64,000 bases of DNA from assembly GCA_964188305.1 (NCBI GenBank), contig OZ076888.1, one strand, 5' to 3'. Position 1 is the first letter of the stretch; every line of letters begins with the position of its first letter. Source of the stretch: Podarcis bocagei. Its lineage: Eukaryota. The translations under genes and the position numbers were made by a program. Below the pieces are notes generated by a model. It ran no database searches. It saw only the letters and a program-made list of their open reading frames with translations, and was not told the origin of the DNA. Positions 49,460-60,374 of the stretch are shown here, in pieces.

Positions 49460-50560
49460 GTAAGTCTGTTCTCTTCTTAATGTGGCATAAAGAGGAAAAT
49501 GTTTCAATAGTACACCATTACAGGATTGACTGAAGCTGAGGATTGATTTGTGTTGAGAATCCTTGAAGCTCCAGCAATTCTATTAATAAGTTGTTGCTCT
49601 TCAAGGTATGGATCAACCACTCTTCTGACATCATCTCAGATGCGTACAAATTTAAACAGGCACAAAAACAGCCTGTTGTTGCCATTTGATTAATTCATCT
49701 TGAGAATAACACAAGTTGTATAGAAGTGCTATACTTTGTGCTCTTTTATTTCTCAAATTCTTGAGTCTGCTTTTCCTATCAAAGTAGCTTTATTCCTATT
49801 AACTATAATGTATACAATACATCAAAATGTATATAATATGCATACAATACCAGCAAAATTAAGTCTTCAGATACACACCAACACCAATACTGCACACTCT
49901 AGAGATTAAAGATGAAAGCTGTTCCTGCATAGGATCAAAGCAGTAAATATAACAATAATCTGTATTTTCAGGTTTTGCATTACTAACCTTTGTTAAGTTT
50001 GACACCAAGGAATCTCATTCAGCTATTATGCTATGCATGGCCATTCAAAAACAATGCAGTAAAGAAGATGTTAATGGTACAAAAATTTAACCTAAAATGA
50101 CCCATCAGATTGATATAAATTAATTAATTAATTAATACAATACATGTATTAATAATCAGTTAGGCTCATCCAGACTCAGTATTTGGATGAAACATGCAAA
50201 TTATTATAGAAGCATCAAATTAACAAAAAGCTGCATGTACAGCACAGCTGCAAAGTATAAAGTTTTCCAGATATTCAAACAACAAAACAATACTATTGAT
50301 AATAAAATTAAAATGTTTGAAAACAACCACAGCTAATAATTTCAAGGTTGCCAGGTACAATGTATTTCAGCCATCCACTGCCTAGGTAAATGGGAATGTT
50401 TTAAAATTCCTTCCTGAATGTTAACAATGATAGCGACAGATGTAGCTAACCAGGGAAAGTATTCAAAAACTGAGGAGCCCTGCATGATCAGCACCAATCA
50501 GTACTAAGCAATACGCAGAAGCAGCACCCACAAAGCCCCAATATAGTTGATAGTTTAGAC

Positions 50561-50696
50561 CAGGCTTCCTCAACCTCAGCCCTCTAGCTGTTTTGAGACT
50601 ACAATTCCCATCATCCGTGACCACTGGTCCTGCTAGCTAGGGATCATGGGAGTTGTAGGCCAAAAACATCTGGAGGGCTGAGGTTGAGGAAGCCTG
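50561..50696. mobile_element. hAT palindromic MITE (136 bp), young
   Basis: TIR CAGGCTTCCTCAACCTCAGCCCTC / GAGGGCTGAGGTTGAGGAAGCCTG, perfect TSD gtttagac. Confidence 0.93.
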
Positions 50697-51078
50697 GTTT
50701 AGACCCTTGTATGCTAGTACTAACACCTTAAATGGGGCCCAGGTCACTAACTGACAACCAGTCTTGCAGCTGCGTACTACGCTAGCTGCGGTTTCCAGAC
50801 AGCCTTCAAACGCAGCCCCAGTGGTCCAAATAGGAGGTGATTAGAGCATTGACAGCTGAGAGCAAGTTATCTTAGTCCAGGAATGGTCATAACTAGTATC
50901 CAGTGTTTTCTTTTCACTGCCAAAGAGGTTCCTATCTGCAGAATAGAGATGGAGGCTATTTTTTGGATTCATTCTCTTCTATGCAACCTTCTATTCTGTT
51001 CTGAAGTATCCTTTGACCCTCAAGAACAGGTTTTGGGATGAGAATGATTGGTCCTATGGGCTGAGTATGAATATGCAA

Positions 51079-51102
51079 CACACACACACACACACACACA
51101 CA
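51079..51102. repeat. (CA)n microsatellite
   Basis: About 12 units. Confidence 0.9.
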
Positions 51103-51450
51103 CTTCATTGGCAGAAACATCTGTTGGATGAAAGAGCTTCGCATGAGCAGAGGGACACCACTAGATACAACCCTTGGTCTTTTTTTAGAACTCCCCATTT
51201 ACTTGAACTATTTAATTCTGAAACCATCTGCCTTCTCCATATTTGCTTCAAAATCCATATGCTGGCAATCCATCCATAAAACTCCCACAATCTATTGATA
51301 GTTTGTTATCAACTAGGTAGGAATCCTTGTTCTCCTAATTTTCAAATAGTTGCAAACTAAAGTTATTAAACAGGTACTTTATGTGTCACTTGAAAAATTA
51401 ACGAGTTTTCACGTTCATTCCATGTTACAAGCATTATTTCTTTGAAACAG

Positions 51451-51594
51451 GTTTCTTCCATGAAGTGTGGTATACTTCCTATCTCTCAGGAGGCTCTCAT
51501 TCTAGGAGATATTGCATACTACAATTATCAAGGATCTCTGGATGAACCAGAAGAAAGACTTCAACTCCAGAAAGTTCTTGGGCCAAGCTGTAAG
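51451..51594 (+). CDS. ADD3: ADD3 exon 7 (144 nt)
   Basis: tttgaaacag|[51 protein letters not shown], donor AAG|gtattt. Confidence 0.96.
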
Positions 51595-51677
51595 GTATTT
51601 CACTTTAGTTAATGTTTTTGTTCAAGGTTTCTAGTCTGGCTCAGTTTCTGTCACTTACAAGTGTCTCCATTTCTTAG

Positions 51678-51776
51678 GTGCTGGTCTTGAGGAACCATGG
51701 GGTAGTAGCGCTTGGAGAGACATTAGAGGAAGCTTTCCACTACATCTATAATGTGCAAATAGCTTGTGAAACACAG
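51678..51776 (+). CDS. ADD3: ADD3 exon 8 (99 nt)
   Basis: tttcttag|[36 protein letters not shown] (NHG motif), donor CAG|gtgaga. The preceding intron is only 83 nt. Confidence 0.96.
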
Positions 51777-52132
51777 GTGAGAGAGACAGAGAGATGCGAA
51801 GCACTTTAAATGCTATATAAATACTGGCTTCTTAAAAATATTGTCTGTGTGTGTTTTAATAAGATGCTTGCTACTAACAGCTACTAACAGGAGAGAAAAT
51901 GAAATCTAAGTTTAACATATACTAGGAACACAGAAGTTACACAGCCCTTGTCTTAGTATCTAGTAATGGGTAATGCACTTTGCAAGATAGCTATCATGTT
52001 TGTACATGCTAACATGTTGAAAAGAAGAATATTAGCATGTATTCTCTTTCCAGAAAATTCAAGAAGGCTACATATTCACCCTTCAAATAGTACTTGGAAA
52101 AATTTGTAATTACTGAGTCCTTTATGTCACAG

Positions 52133-52312
52133 GTACATGCACTGGCTGCAGGCGGCGTAGACAATCTTCTTATCCTAGACTTGCAGAAGTATAAACCTTT
52201 CACACACAATCTGGTAGCATCTGGAGGAGGAGGAGTTAATATGGCCTCTCAGTTCAAGTGGAAAGTTGGCGAACAGGAGTTTGAAGCACTGATGAGAATG
52301 CTGGACAACCTG
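52133..52312 (+). CDS. ADD3: ADD3 exon 9 (180 nt)
   Basis: gtcacag|[26 protein letters not shown]...[12 protein letters not shown], donor CTG|gtgcgt. Confidence 0.95.
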
Positions 52313-53120
52313 GTGCGTTCATCTGTCTAATCTACAAGTTCTCAGTACTTTGAACAAGTTGCTCCCCATGGGATTGTTCCATAAGAAATTCTGCTGTCAC
52401 TTTTCCCCTGTAAATAAGACACCTGAAAAAGAAATATTAACATGAAGTAGGTTTATAAGCCAACATTCAAGTTCACTTTCTATCCAGGCTCGTGACAAAC
52501 TCCTCCCAGACAAACCACAAGAGTGCAAACCTTGGCTACAGCTTCTGGTTTCTCTGGAGTGACACAGACCAGGAGCTTGGGTTCAGATGTAACACTAAGC
52601 CAAACCATGGTTGAGCTCTGAGTAGCCCAGCGGCAGCAGGACTGAGGAGGAGCTAAGTGGCAATGAGTTTTCCAGAGAGTATCCACACACTTGCATGTCC
52701 ATGCTTAACCATAGTTTTGTTTAGCATTATATGTGAACTAGAGCACACTTGATTGGCTAAGGTAGTGAGGCAGTGGTTTGGTCCATAATAGAAAATCTCT
52801 GATCTCCTACCCGCTTTTTATTTATTGGTCTCTGCTATCTCTGTATAAGGATTTTCTCACTTTCTGTGGGGCCTATGATGTGGAGCTACTGTGCTGCCAT
52901 ACCATACTTGTTCTGCAATCTTTTTAAATAATTGTTTGGCATTTAGTGTTAGGATACAAAGGTGTTGAAACTGTTAACATATATTGTCACAGTTTGAGTT
53001 GGGATGGGGGGGCGAGGTTGAAATTTCCACCTGAAAATTCATTATGTTTTAGGATTAATTTCATGCCAAAGATTTTATTGTCCCGGCACAATGTATAAAA
53101 TTTTTTCCCCTCTTGCACAG

Positions 53121-53378
53121 GGTTACAGAACAGGCTATGCTTATCGACAGCCTCTTGTGAGGGAGAAGCCCCGGCACAAGAGTGATGTTGAGATCCCAGC
53201 CACCGTGACTGCCTTTTCCTTTGATGACGATTCAGTTCCAATTTCCCCTCTCAAATTCCTAGCACAAAAGCAGCAGCGGGAGAAGACAAGATGGTTGAAT
53301 TCTCCAAATACATATTTGAAAGTAGATGTTCCTGAAGAATCCCGGAATGGAGAAACAAGTCCCCGGACTAAAACCACA
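53121..53378 (+). CDS. ADD3: ADD3 exon 10 (258 nt)
   Basis: cttgcacag|[35 protein letters not shown]...SPRTKTT, donor ACA|gtaagc. Confidence 0.96.
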
Positions 53379-53699
53379 GTAAGCAGCTCCCTAGTGATGG
53401 GGACGGAATATACCAAAAGGGGTGGGGTGGGAATAGGCCATACAGTGACCTGTATGATAGAAGTTATGATTCTGTGGTGGATTCAATGAATGAGCTACAA
53501 CTTTGAAAGAGCCAGCCAACTTTGAGAAACAAGAAAGTGCAGATGGCATATTTTGACAGCAGTTCTGTCAATAATCAGACGGGCAAATGTTGTCTCCATC
53601 TTCAAAAAGAGGAACCCTTCCAGTCCTATGATTCTGTGATGTGGTAAAAAGAATAGTATTCTCATGCACTGTCCCAAATATTGTATTTTATTATCTTCA

Positions 53700-54070
53700 A
53701 TTCCCTGCCAAGTTCAAAGTGCTGGTTTTGATGCATAAAGCCCTATATAGCTGGAGACCAGGATACATGAAAGATGGTCTTAACCCTGTGCTCTGCAGGT
53801 GAAGGCCTCCTGCAGAAACCATTATCACTGGATCTCCATCCTGCACAATGCAGGAATTAGGCCTTTAGTGTGACACCTTTTGGAATTCCCTCCCTGTGAA
53901 TATTGGACAGAAGCCATCTCTGCTGTGTTTTTAGCCCCTGCTTGAAGACTTGCCTTCTTCAGCGAGCCTTCCCCAGTCTGCATCCGTATTGGATTTTTTA
54001 AAAAGTTGTTTTTGTTGTTTCCAACCCTGGGGTCCTTGGGAGGAAAGACAGGATATAAATTTAATAAAAT
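53700..54070 (+). mobile_element. Old L2-type LINE 3' end
   Basis: caagttcaaagtgctggttttgatgcataaagccctat (FKVLVLxHKAL) through ggatataaatttaataaa. Confidence 0.65.
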
Positions 54071-54644
54071 GAAGAAATAAAATGAATAATTTCCAGAGCG
54101 CATGTATGAAAAACAAGTATTATGCAAGGCATCCAACCACAACATAAATTCAACTTTAAAAGATCAGCTCCACCCAGTGGTGGCTTAACAAATGCAACAA
54201 TGCCTTGTAGTTTCTGTCAGCAATTTTCATTATGAGAAGTACTGCTTGAAAGGAACGATAAAAATACCTAGTTAGGAGGGATAGTTATCCATGTAATTAA
54301 GAAATACAGTGGATATTCAGTCCTTCATTATAGTATTTTTGGCAGTGGAAGTACTGTAGCAAGTATCCTTGCTACGTCAGTATTCAAATGTCGGTCCTTT
54401 TCAGGTACTTAATTAAAAATACCTAAATGCTATTCAAGCTAAAGGACCATTACACATATTAATATCCTTATGAAATGATATACTGAAAAGCTAAGTGGTG
54501 TGGCAATGTATTATTATTAGGTCACTTGGATAATTTAATATAAACCCCATTGTCCTGAAATGTCCCCTAGCATTTACCAACTACTAAATTGCAATATCCT
54601 CACTTCCAATAACATTCTTCTTTATTTTTCTTTTTCTTTCCAAG

Positions 54645-54764
54645 TGGATAAAAGCTGAAGATTCATCTAAGCTTAGTGGAGGAACTCCAATCAAAATTGA
54701 AGATCCAAACCAGTTTGTTCCGATGAATACAAATCCAAGTGATGTACTGGAAAAGAGGAATAAG
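54645..54764 (+). CDS. ADD3: ADD3 exon 11 (120 nt)
   Basis: Long pyrimidine tract then ccaag|[43 protein letters not shown], donor AAG|gtaagg. Confidence 0.96.
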
Positions 54765-56189
54765 GTAAGGCAAGTCAGGTTTCTTGAAGACACAAGCTTA
54801 TTTGCTTCTTGAAAATAATCAGTACCTAACTTACTCTGCTTGTTTGAGAAGCATTAAAAACTGTTCAGTAACATCTAAAATATAATACAATATTACTGGT
54901 AGCTTAAAGGTAGCTTTAAGTGCAACAGGAACTTGCTAAAATTGTCCTTAGTTTGGTTCTGAAAAATTGCTTTTAAATGCCCATCGAAAACCATATTTTG
55001 ATCAGAAGAAAAATGTTTAAGGTGGGATTTTCTTCTGTGCTATTTTTAACATTACACTATTTTGGAGATTCCTTCTTTTTTAGTTTTTAGAAAGAGCTAG
55101 CTGTTTCCACAAGAAATAGCCTGCTGTGGTAGCCAGAAACCTCACGCTCTTCTGCCTGCTTGTTTTCCAGTGAGCCAATGTATTTAACAATGGCAATGAG
55201 GAATAATGACAAGAGGCTCTTTGTAAATGCAGACTGCTGGCTGCTTTCACTCCCCAATTCATTTTTCTATTTTCATACTCATTTAAGCTCCACCCTGGGA
55301 AATTATTGTCCTGCCAGATACAAAATGTTTCGTGCAGAAGTTCTGGGAATTTCCTACTTCACATCTGCTTGTAATCAAAAGAGTTTGCCACTATCCTGAG
55401 CAAGTCAACTTAGTTCAGAAGAGATCACTCTTGGAAAAGATCAATATGGCAGTGTCACTCAGACATTGGCTTAGAAAAGAATTATCTGTTCTAGGCATGC
55501 AACTTTCTCTGGCAAACTTGAGGTAGAGGAGTGTCAAAGTGGGGAGCTATGTTTTCATTGTGTTCCTAGCTGTGCACTATGGAGCTGTATTGTCAGTGCA
55601 GCTTGGTGCAACAGGAGATAGAGAATAATTACAGAGGTTCTATCTCGATTTACACATACTCTGCTGACAACATAATCAGCAGCATTGCAGTTCACAAAGG
55701 AGGAGAAATAACGTTAGACTACAGCAGTGCTGGGGCTTGACGTTGAAGCTGGGTCATAATAGATATTCTGAAACTAAAGAAGAGCAGACTGATTTGCCAA
55801 CTAAGAGAAAATTCAACGCTGTAAATGAATATGTATTGCCTGAGCACTCCCTGCTTTTTAATCAAACTTGCTACTCTTGATTCCTAAATCTAACTACTGT
55901 ATGGGGAAAGGAAGACTAAAACACCAGGTTAATAATGACATACAATTTGGATATAGATATTTCATGCCTGTTGAAGCAAAAATGTAAATACACTTGACAT
56001 TGTCATTTTCTAAAATGGCTTTGTAACCATTTTAGAGCAGATTGACTAGAATGAAAACAAATAACAGTAAAGTAATAGATTAACTATAGTATCTGTTTTC
56101 TGTGACCCATATGAAGTTTAAGATTCCTGATACTTCAGTGTGTTTGTGAAAAGGCTTTTCAAAACCCTTCTGCTTTTCCCCCCTTCCAG

Positions 56190-56279
56190 ATTCGGGAGCA
56201 AAATCGGTATGACTTAAAAACTGCAGGTCCACAGTCTCAGTTGCTTGCTGGAATTGTAGTGGATAAAAAGCCCAGTGCT
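56190..56279 (+). CDS. ADD3: ADD3 exon 12 (90 nt)
   Basis: cccttccag|[33 protein letters not shown], donor GCT|gtaagt. Confidence 0.95.
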
Positions 56280-56323
56280 GTAAGTGTTCTCCATTGTCTG
56301 AGTTAAGCATATAACATCTAAAG

Positions 56324-56446
56324 CAGGCTTCCTCAACCTCAGCCCTCCAGATGTTTTGAGACTACAATTCCCATCATCCCTGATCACTAGGGATCATGGG
56401 AGTTGTAGGCCAAAAACATCTGGAGGGCCGAGGTTGAGGAAGCCTG
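56324..56446. mobile_element. hAT palindromic MITE (123 bp), same family as 50561
   Basis: Same TIRs, perfect TSD atctaaag; lies 44 nt downstream of the exon 12 donor. Confidence 0.93.
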
Positions 56447-56819
56447 ATCTAAAGCATGTCCAGCATTTAGTCACACCACATTTTACATGATTCTCTCCTT
56501 GCTTTTGTAATACTCTTCATACAAAGTAGAAGCAGGTTTTAAAACCATGAGTCCTATTTAAATATTTGCAAAGAGTTTTTAGAGAAGCAATAATTTATGT
56601 TATGCGATTTTTCACTGAAGATAGGATTCTTCCCCTGTTTTCATCTTAACCATAATACATACATGTATTATGAGATCAGGTGGACAACTGCTATGGAAAT
56701 TGTAGGATTCTTTAAAAAACAACACTGGCCAAGCTTTCTACAAGTCTTTAAAGTTTGTTTTGACTAAAACCTGGTATTGATTAAAGACCCTTTCTGTAAG
56801 TTCACTAACCTAGTAATTG

Positions 56820-57099
56820 AAGCAGTTACCATATTTTTCCGTCTATAAGACGCCCCCATGTTTAAGACGCCCCCTAATTTTGGAGACTCCGTTTTAAGAA
56901 AATGGGGGGAGATGTATAAGACACCCCCAAATTTTTGACATTCTTTTTTAGGGGGGAAACCTAGTCTTATACACGGAAAAATATGGTAGCTCAGTTGGTA
57001 GAGTGTGAGACTCTTGATCTGAGGGCCATGGGTATTCCTGCATTGCAGGGAGTTGGACTAGACGACCCTCATGGTCCCTTGCAACTCTGCAATTCTATG
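56820..57099 (+). mobile_element. tRNA-derived SINE with CR1-type tail (Squam3-like), interrupted by the MITE
   Basis: Removing the MITE restores gcagttagctcagttggtagag (tRNA box A); ends ttggactagacgaccctcatggtcccttgcaactctgcaattctatg (CR1 3' end). Confidence 0.75.
56829..56986. mobile_element. Tc1/mariner MITE (CCGTA-TIR family A) nested in a SINE
   Basis: TA|CCATATTTTTCCGTCTATAAGAC...GTCTTATACACGGAAAAATATGG|TA. Confidence 0.9.
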
Positions 57100-57251
57100 T
57101 TCTGCTGATGGTTTTTGAAAATGCTGCACTCCTTTCAGATTCTTACTTTGAAGGATCCTATCACCAGCAATAGGCTCATTTGTAATTGTTTAATGTGCTT
57201 GTTTTTTGTATTGACTTTCTCCCCTTTAATTTATTTTATTTTTTCTTCCAG

Positions 57252-57375
57252 CCAATGCAGTTTGAAGAAGACGAGCATGCCCCACCAGCCCCTCCCAACC
57301 CATTCAGTCATCTCACTGAAAAGGAACTGGAAGAGTACAAGCGGACAATCGAACGCAAGCAACAAGGAGTAGATG
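57252..57375 (+). CDS. ADD3: ADD3 exon 13 (124 nt)
   Basis: ttcttccag|[44 protein letters not shown], donor G|gtgagt (phase 1). Confidence 0.95.
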
Positions 57376-57744
57376 GTGAGTGTTCTGATAAACTGGTGAT
57401 GGAAAATATTCAGGTAAAGATTTAGTGAAGTTTAAATTCACCAAAAATGATATAAAATTTTTAAACTAAGAGCCATTACATTAAATAATATCACTGGCAG
57501 CTTCAATAGCTCTACTTTTTAAAGGTCTGACTCTCTTCTGGCAAGAATTTATCTCTCACAACTTTCTTCTCTAGTGCTATGCTGTGTTGTGACCAGTAAA
57601 ATCTTGAATGTTATGCTGCCCCTTTGAACCTACTTAGATCAATGGATATTAAAACATGAAATGAATCAATGTGATTTGTAGTTCTAAGGGAATCTAATCT
57701 TGACTTGATCAGGGGTCACTCCATTCCATGGAGCCAATCCATGC

Positions 57745-57960
57745 GTGCTTAGTAGTACTGAAAGCCATAGAGAGATCAAGAAGCAGGAGCAAGATTGCAC
57801 TCCCCTTGTCTTACTGTCTGTGAAGGCATCCATCAGGGTGGCCAAAGACAACTCAGTCCCATGGCCAAGCCTGAACCCGGATTGGAATGGATGTAAATAA
57901 TCTGTCTTCCAAGAATGCTTGCAGTTTCCCAGCCACTGCACTCTCAACCACCTTCCCCAA
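57745..57960 (-). mobile_element. L2 LINE RT fragment
   Basis: Minus-strand translation DYLHPFQSGFRLGHGTE matches the L2/CR1 RT motif LDPFQSGFRPGHGTETAL. Confidence 0.75.
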
Positions 57961-58086
57961 GGAGGAGAGTATTTACAGCTGGCCAGTAGTTGTTCCAATC
58001 CAAGGGGGCCAGGGCAATTTCTTTAGGACTGGCCATTCGTCTTTTTTTACCCTTCACCACCAAACCCTTTGAACATGCTATTTTAC

Positions 58087-58269
58087 CAGGGTTGCCATAT
58101 TTCAAAAAGTAAAAACCAGGACACCCCAAAAGTTGTTGAGCTTTTCTCAGAATTGTCTAAGATCCTCCAGAAAGTGCCACCTTTCAGAAACACACCCCCC
58201 CCCCGGATGTCAATTCCACCTTTGAAATCCTGGTAATGTCCAGAAAAATCTAGACATATGGCAGCCCTA
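58087..58269. mobile_element. hAT (Blackjack-like) MITE
   Basis: TIRs CAGGGTTGCCATAT / ATATGGCAGCCCTA, flanking direct repeat attttac. Confidence 0.8.
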
Positions 58270-58724
58270 ATTTTACTCTCACTACTTCTAATAGTCTTGG
58301 GTAAGACTATTATTTTTAAACTGGACACTTGTTAAATTTCATAGTCCTATAAAAGGGCTTATATGGAAAGGAAAGATGGCATCTGTTACATAGTTGTATT
58401 GCTTTCTTATGTTACTATTATAAGTGCATGTCGGCATCTGAAAACAAAGGATTGTGTCCTTCCTTAGAAATTAGTATCAGGTCAATAGTACAACCAGCAG
58501 GGTAAAAGGTAAGTATCTTTAAATCATAATTTTTCAAGAAAAAACAGTCTGACAGTAGTATTTTCTCTTGTCTTCAATCTTGATATTATTGCTAGCAAAC
58601 TTCTAACTTGCCCATTTCTTATTTTTGAAAGCATAAAGATTCAAAGGTAAAAATATTGCATTACAACAAACTTTTCCACCCATCTTCATTCAAAGCATCT
58701 GATAAGGAACTTTAATTGCTAATT

Positions 58725-59033
58725 TGCTGTTGTCTAACACTAGCATTTTCAGCACTAACGTTGCATAGTTTGTTCTGTCTATTTTGTATAGTAACCAACG
58801 TATGTTTGCATGGAATACTTCTAAATAATTGGGACCATCTAGAGTGTGTTATAATATACTAAGTTTAGGTTACTAATAGGATGAAATTAGTATAATTATA
58901 TGTGTTAACATTAGTATAATCAGGTCAGTACTAGTGAAGTTGCTTGTGTTTTGTATGCACTAACGTACACTGATCTCCTTGCATTTGTTTCATTTTGGCA
59001 TGGCTTTTACTAACTCAAGCTCTTGTCCTACAG
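58725..59033 (+). promoter_or_regulatory. Intronic splicing-regulatory cluster (QKI ACUAAY, RBFOX UGCAUG, branch point) upstream of exon 14
   Basis: ACTAAC at 58754, ACTAAT at 58872, ACTAAC at 58959, TACTAAC at 59008-59014, TGCATG at 58807, GCATG at 58998. Confidence 0.75.
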
Positions 59034-59129
59034 ATGCTGATCAGGAATTATTCTCAGATGACGGGTCATCTGTTTCACAAATTAATTCTCAAACTCAGTC
59101 CCCACAAAATGTCCCTGAAAAAGTAGAAG
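59034..59129 (+). CDS. ADD3: ADD3 exon 14 (96 nt, frame-preserving cassette exon)
   Basis: cctacag|AT, (D)[31 protein letters not shown], weak donor G|gtatac, phase 1-1. Matches the alternatively spliced 32-aa exon of mammalian ADD3. Confidence 0.93.
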
Positions 59130-59189
59130 GTATACAATGTAATGTCCTATGCAGTATCGTGAGCCTGTTAGACCCTTCCTTGCCAATTA

Positions 59190-59358
59190 CCGTATTTTTT
59201 GCACCATAACACTCACTTTTTTCCTCCTAAAAAGTAAGGGGAAATGTCTGTGCGTGTTATGGAGGGAATGCCTACGGGTGGCATGCCTACGGATTTTCCT
59301 CCTCTAAAAACTATGTGCGTGTTATGGTCGGGTACGTGTTATAGAGAGAAAAATACAG
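59190..59358. mobile_element. Tc1/mariner MITE (CCGTA-TIR family B), inverted relative to 40044 and 43462
   Basis: TA|CCGTATTTTTTGCACCATAAC...GTTATAGAGAGAAAAATACAG|TA. Confidence 0.88.
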
Positions 59359-60081
59359 TACTTTTAATTACTTAGATCAGGAAAGGAAAATATAGTCGTC
59401 TTGCCAATATGTGAAGACTATGATTTATTTTCTTGAGCTACATCTTTTAAGAATCCTTCTGGATTTATCAGAAGTTTAAATCCAATATCTTCTCTCTAAA
59501 TAGGGTAGGTTTACCTATAATCTCATTCATTCTTCAGAACAGGTCACTTAGAGACAGTTTCAACGTCATGTTGATCTCCTGTTCCTGCAACAATTTGTGT
59601 TCGTATCATTTGGAGAAAGCACTCGCATTTCTTTCCCAGGATTATATGTGTGCATTGGCTCATAATACAAGGCTAACATAACAGTCTATGATGTTGCTCT
59701 GTTGGAATTGCCACTGCATCACATTCTATTCAGATAAACTGTCTGTAAGTGTCCAGTTGTGGCTAGGACGTAGCTGATAACCTTGATTCCACACCTCCTA
59801 CAATTAATATAGCTAATGAGTTACATGCTGGCATGTTTGTTCAAATAAAACGTGGGGCAAGAGGAAAACACCGCTTTGTAGATTATTTTGCCTGGGAAAG
59901 TGGGATATAAATACCTAAACAAAAATAAGATACTGGTAGAGGAAGGAGGGGAGCTTTACTAGTTATTCTCTCAGTGTCCCAATATGCTGCTTGCATTTTA
60001 GACCTGTGCAGAATTGCTGCATAACCATCAGTATAACAAAGAGTAAAATGCCTCCCGTTTGCTTTCTCTTTTTTTTTACAG

Positions 60082-60374
60082 AAAATGATGATTACCAACA
60101 GGATGCTAACCTCGTCTCTCTGGAGATGCCGGCTGTTGTAATGAATGGCAAAGAAGATTCACATGATGTGGACGAGGATCTTGCACACAGAGTCAGCCAG
60201 TTAACCACTAGTACTGTAGAGAATGTGGAGATCACCATTAAGGCCTCTGAAAAAATTGAGGAGACCCTTTCCCCCGAGGGCTCTCCTTCAAAATCACCAT
60301 CAAAGAAGAAGAAGAAGTTCCGTACTCCATCTTTCCTAAAAAAGAACAAAAAGAAGGAGAAGGTGGAAGCCTGA
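60082..60374 (+). CDS. ADD3: ADD3 exon 15 (terminal coding part, MARCKS-related domain, TGA stop)
   Basis: tttttacag|AA, (E)[10 protein letters not shown]...[34 protein letters not shown]. Confidence 0.97.

Noticed and set aside
56987-57035. tRNA-like sequence (tagctcagttggtagag)
   Set aside because: No T-arm/box B or acceptor stem; it continues into a CR1-type tail, so it is a SINE head.
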